64,000 nt of DNA from NCBI GenBank assembly GCA_964016885.1, contig OZ024742.1, positions 334,676,001 through 334,740,000 of the forward strand. The letters are read 5' to 3'. Of the stretch, positions 61,236-64,000 are shown piece after piece. A program made the position numbers and the translations under genes. The notes beneath the pieces were generated by a model, which was given only the letters and a program-made list of their open reading frames with translations, was not told the origin of the DNA and searched no databases. The number at the start of each line of letters is the position of its first letter. Position 1 is the stretch's first letter. This stretch comes from Eledone cirrhosa. Its lineage: Eukaryota.

Positions 61236-62077
61236 GAAAACAGGGTTTGAAAAATGCAATGACTGACACATTGGTTATTTAGGAGGTTTCCGTATTAATG
61301 TGCCAAGTAATTTGATGATTGTTTATATATTTTTGTTTACTTTAATCTGTTTCAGCTGTGTTTACAGCTTTTTCAAAACGATTTTCGTAACAGTACTATA
61401 TATATATATATATATATATACGATGTATGTAACAATGACGCTACTACGACACCGCCAATAGTTAGGGTCTATGTATATGACTGAAGGCCGCTTTTTCTAG
61501 ACCCTTCCCATGTGTCTCCTCAAAAAAAGCTACTCCGACGCTCAAGACTCCACCGAAGCTTGTTGCTGTTCATGTTAACCACGCAGATAATATAGGATAA
61601 GACTTGAGGCGCCTGCGTGTGGATTTCTGACTATGTGCTTCTAGCCGGTGGAGTCTGCATACGTTGCCATTCCTCCAAAGTTATGGGACTTGTGAAAAAA
61701 TATACGCACATAAAGATAACAATGCTCCGTGTTTGAGCAACACACAGCATCCACGCCTTCTCGGCAGATGTGCCCAGTGACATGCCAAGGCAAGATAACA
61801 GGACAGTTTCGAGGTTCGTATCTGTTATTGTCATGGAGTTTAACCTTTCCAGGATGTGTAGCTTTATTCACCACGCATTACCAATTGCAGGTTGGTGAGT
61901 GAGGCTATTTAATCCATAGTTGGGGTGGACGGCCGTTGACTCTCTGGAGTTCATCTGCCTTTTGACAGCTCTTGTTTTTGTGCTGTTGTGTTTCCACTTA
62001 CCCTCCTCACAAGACCAGTGTATGAGAGGGTGTGTGTGTATGTGTGTATGTATGTGTATGTGTGTGTATAAACTAAG

Positions 62078-62390
62078 GGTAAAGACTCTCCTTCGGTCAG
62101 AAATGACTACGAGATTTGCATCTTGAAAGTTTCCGGGCAAGGTGTTTTTGTGGAAAACTAGCAGATGCCCCTGCATAAAATCTCCCTTCCCCACGCCACC
62201 AATATTGTCCAAGGGAAAGGCTAAAGCCGATATAGCTTGGCACCAGTGACATCGCAACACATTTCTACAGCTGAGTGAACTGGAGCAAAGTGAAATAAAG
62301 TGTTTTGCTCAAGAACACAACGCATTGTCTGGTTTCGCAATCGAACTCACGATTGTCAATCCGACGCCCTAACCACTAAGCCACGCGCCA
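62078..62390 (-). mobile_element. tRNA-derived SINE related to family B
   Basis: On -: GGCGCGTGGCTTAGTGGTTAGGG A box, GTGAGTTCGATT B box, TTGAGCAAAACACTTTATTTCACTTTGCTCCAG. Confidence 0.75.
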
Positions 62391-62422
62391 TCACTGAGTA
62401 TAACGAATGTTTAACTATAAAA

Positions 62423-62646
62423 TGATTTCTAGTATAGGCACAAGGCCAGTAATTTTGGGAGAGGGGAAAGTCGATTAAATCGACCCCAGTACGTCACTGA
62501 TGCTTTATTTTATCGACCCTGTAAGGACGTAAGGATGAAAGGGAAAGTTAACCTTGGCGGGATTTGAACTCAGACCGTAAGGGACCGTAACTCTATGCTG
62601 CAAAGCATGGTGCCCGACTCTCTACTGATACTGCCAATCCATCGCT
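62423..62646 (-). mobile_element. SINE family A
   Basis: Reverse complement of the 25550-25741 unit with a slightly longer 3' part. Confidence 0.8.
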
Positions 62647-63078
62647 CTAGGTTTAACTATAAAGTAATCTAGCAATGTATGTATATATTAAAGGAAACTT
62701 GCAGGAAGAGATTTCAAATCTGCTTTATACTGGGCGGTTGCACTAATCTTTTTTCTCCTGTAGTAAACATTATATACTATTTTATAATGTAGCAGCTTAC
62801 AATAAGCTAACACTTGTATGATAAATATACTCAGTCTCAGTATTGACTTCTTATTTTCTCCATACAGTTAATTTGTCGTTCGTGACAGCGCTTGGGAATG
62901 CAATATATATATATATATATATAATATAGAAATAGCTTCTCCAGGTCTAGAACTGTTTCATTCGAAAATGTAACTGGAGTCTTTTTAAGAATAAGTTGCA
63001 TTTTCCATTTCTTTTCCTTATACTTTCACTCGTGTAGGACATCTCATTTTTTTCCGTTTAAAAAAAAAACCTCCTTTC

Positions 63079-63160
<82 letters not shown>

Positions 63161-63167
<7 letters not shown>

Positions 63168-63579
63168 TATGTACACGTACATACATATATGTATACCGAC
63201 GTACAGTAGTATGTATATATATATATACATACATGCACACATATATATATGCACGTATGGATTCACCGAACATTTATTATAATGCTCGGTGTGTTTGTAA
63301 ACAAACATCCCGTATTAAGCCGTAGTGTCCAGCAACCACCGTTGCTCGTTTGTTCAACACTGACAAAGGAACGTTGTCAGTGTTGAACAAACGAGCAACG
63401 GTGGTTGCTAGACACTACGGCTTAATACGGGATGTTTGTTTACAAACACACCGAGCATTATAATAAATGTTCGGTGAATCCATACGTGCATATATATATG
63501 TGTGCATGTATGTATATATATATATACATACTACTGTACGTCGGTATACATATATGTATGTACGTGTACATACTTATAT
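63161..63579. repeat. Long palindrome: 206-bp arms with a 7-nt spacer (AGGAACG)
   Basis: 63161-63366 is the reverse complement of 63374-63579, one mismatch seen. The left arm starts out of (TA)n. Confidence 0.93.
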
Positions 63580-63635
63580 TTAAGTAACAGCCGTACTAAG
63601 AGTGGGAAATGAAATATCGTTTCATTTTTTCCGTT

Positions 63636-63669
<34 letters not shown>

Positions 63670-64000
63670 GTTATATATATTATATGTGTGTGTCGGTATG
63701 TATGTACTTCGTAAGATATACTCCATAACATACCGTACTACTAGGTAAGCCCGGGTATCTAAATGTGATAGTCTTTGTGCCTTGTAACCTCAGGCCAGGC
63801 AAAATTTAACTAATCAATGATCAAAACCTTTCAACTGTGACGAGATAAGCATTTTTCAAAGCGTATACACGACTACATTGTGCAAAGTGACCTTCTTTTT
63901 TAAGTCACTAGGGAGTGATATCAGGCAGGTTTGGCTGTTATATCTTTCAGGTAGAGACTCCCTTGCTGGTATGAATGTTGTAAAGTTTCTTTATCAGGTT

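Overview
Eukaryotic, AT-rich DNA dense in microsatellites and transposons. The SINE types and the (TA)n/(CA)n/(CATA)n density suggest an octopus or other cephalopod genome (inference). No host gene is supported, apart from one possible 63-bp exon. The left 12 kb holds a head-to-tail pair of young Tx1/L1-clade LINEs on the - strand (period 6063 bp; one copy complete with intact ORF1 and APE-RT ORF2), each bounded by (AAT)n. Next to them is a decayed R4/Dong-clade RLE LINE on the + strand ending in (AAT)n. At 53.4-59.0 kb a (CATA)n field holds a second R4-clade RLE LINE and three copies of a ~0.6 kb RTE-derived non-autonomous element with (TATG)n tails; a fourth copy lies at 41.5 kb. The remainder has tRNA-derived SINEs, two non-autonomous Helitrons, MITEs, RTE and Penelope fragments with hammerhead-like motifs, a 91-bp minisatellite derived from a SINE head, and several long fold-back palindromes within (TA)n. 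The most notable pattern is that unrelated retrotransposons appear to share, and possibly seed, particular microsatellite target sites. Most ORFs in the supplied track are microsatellite or antisense artefacts. All alignments and counts were made by eye.
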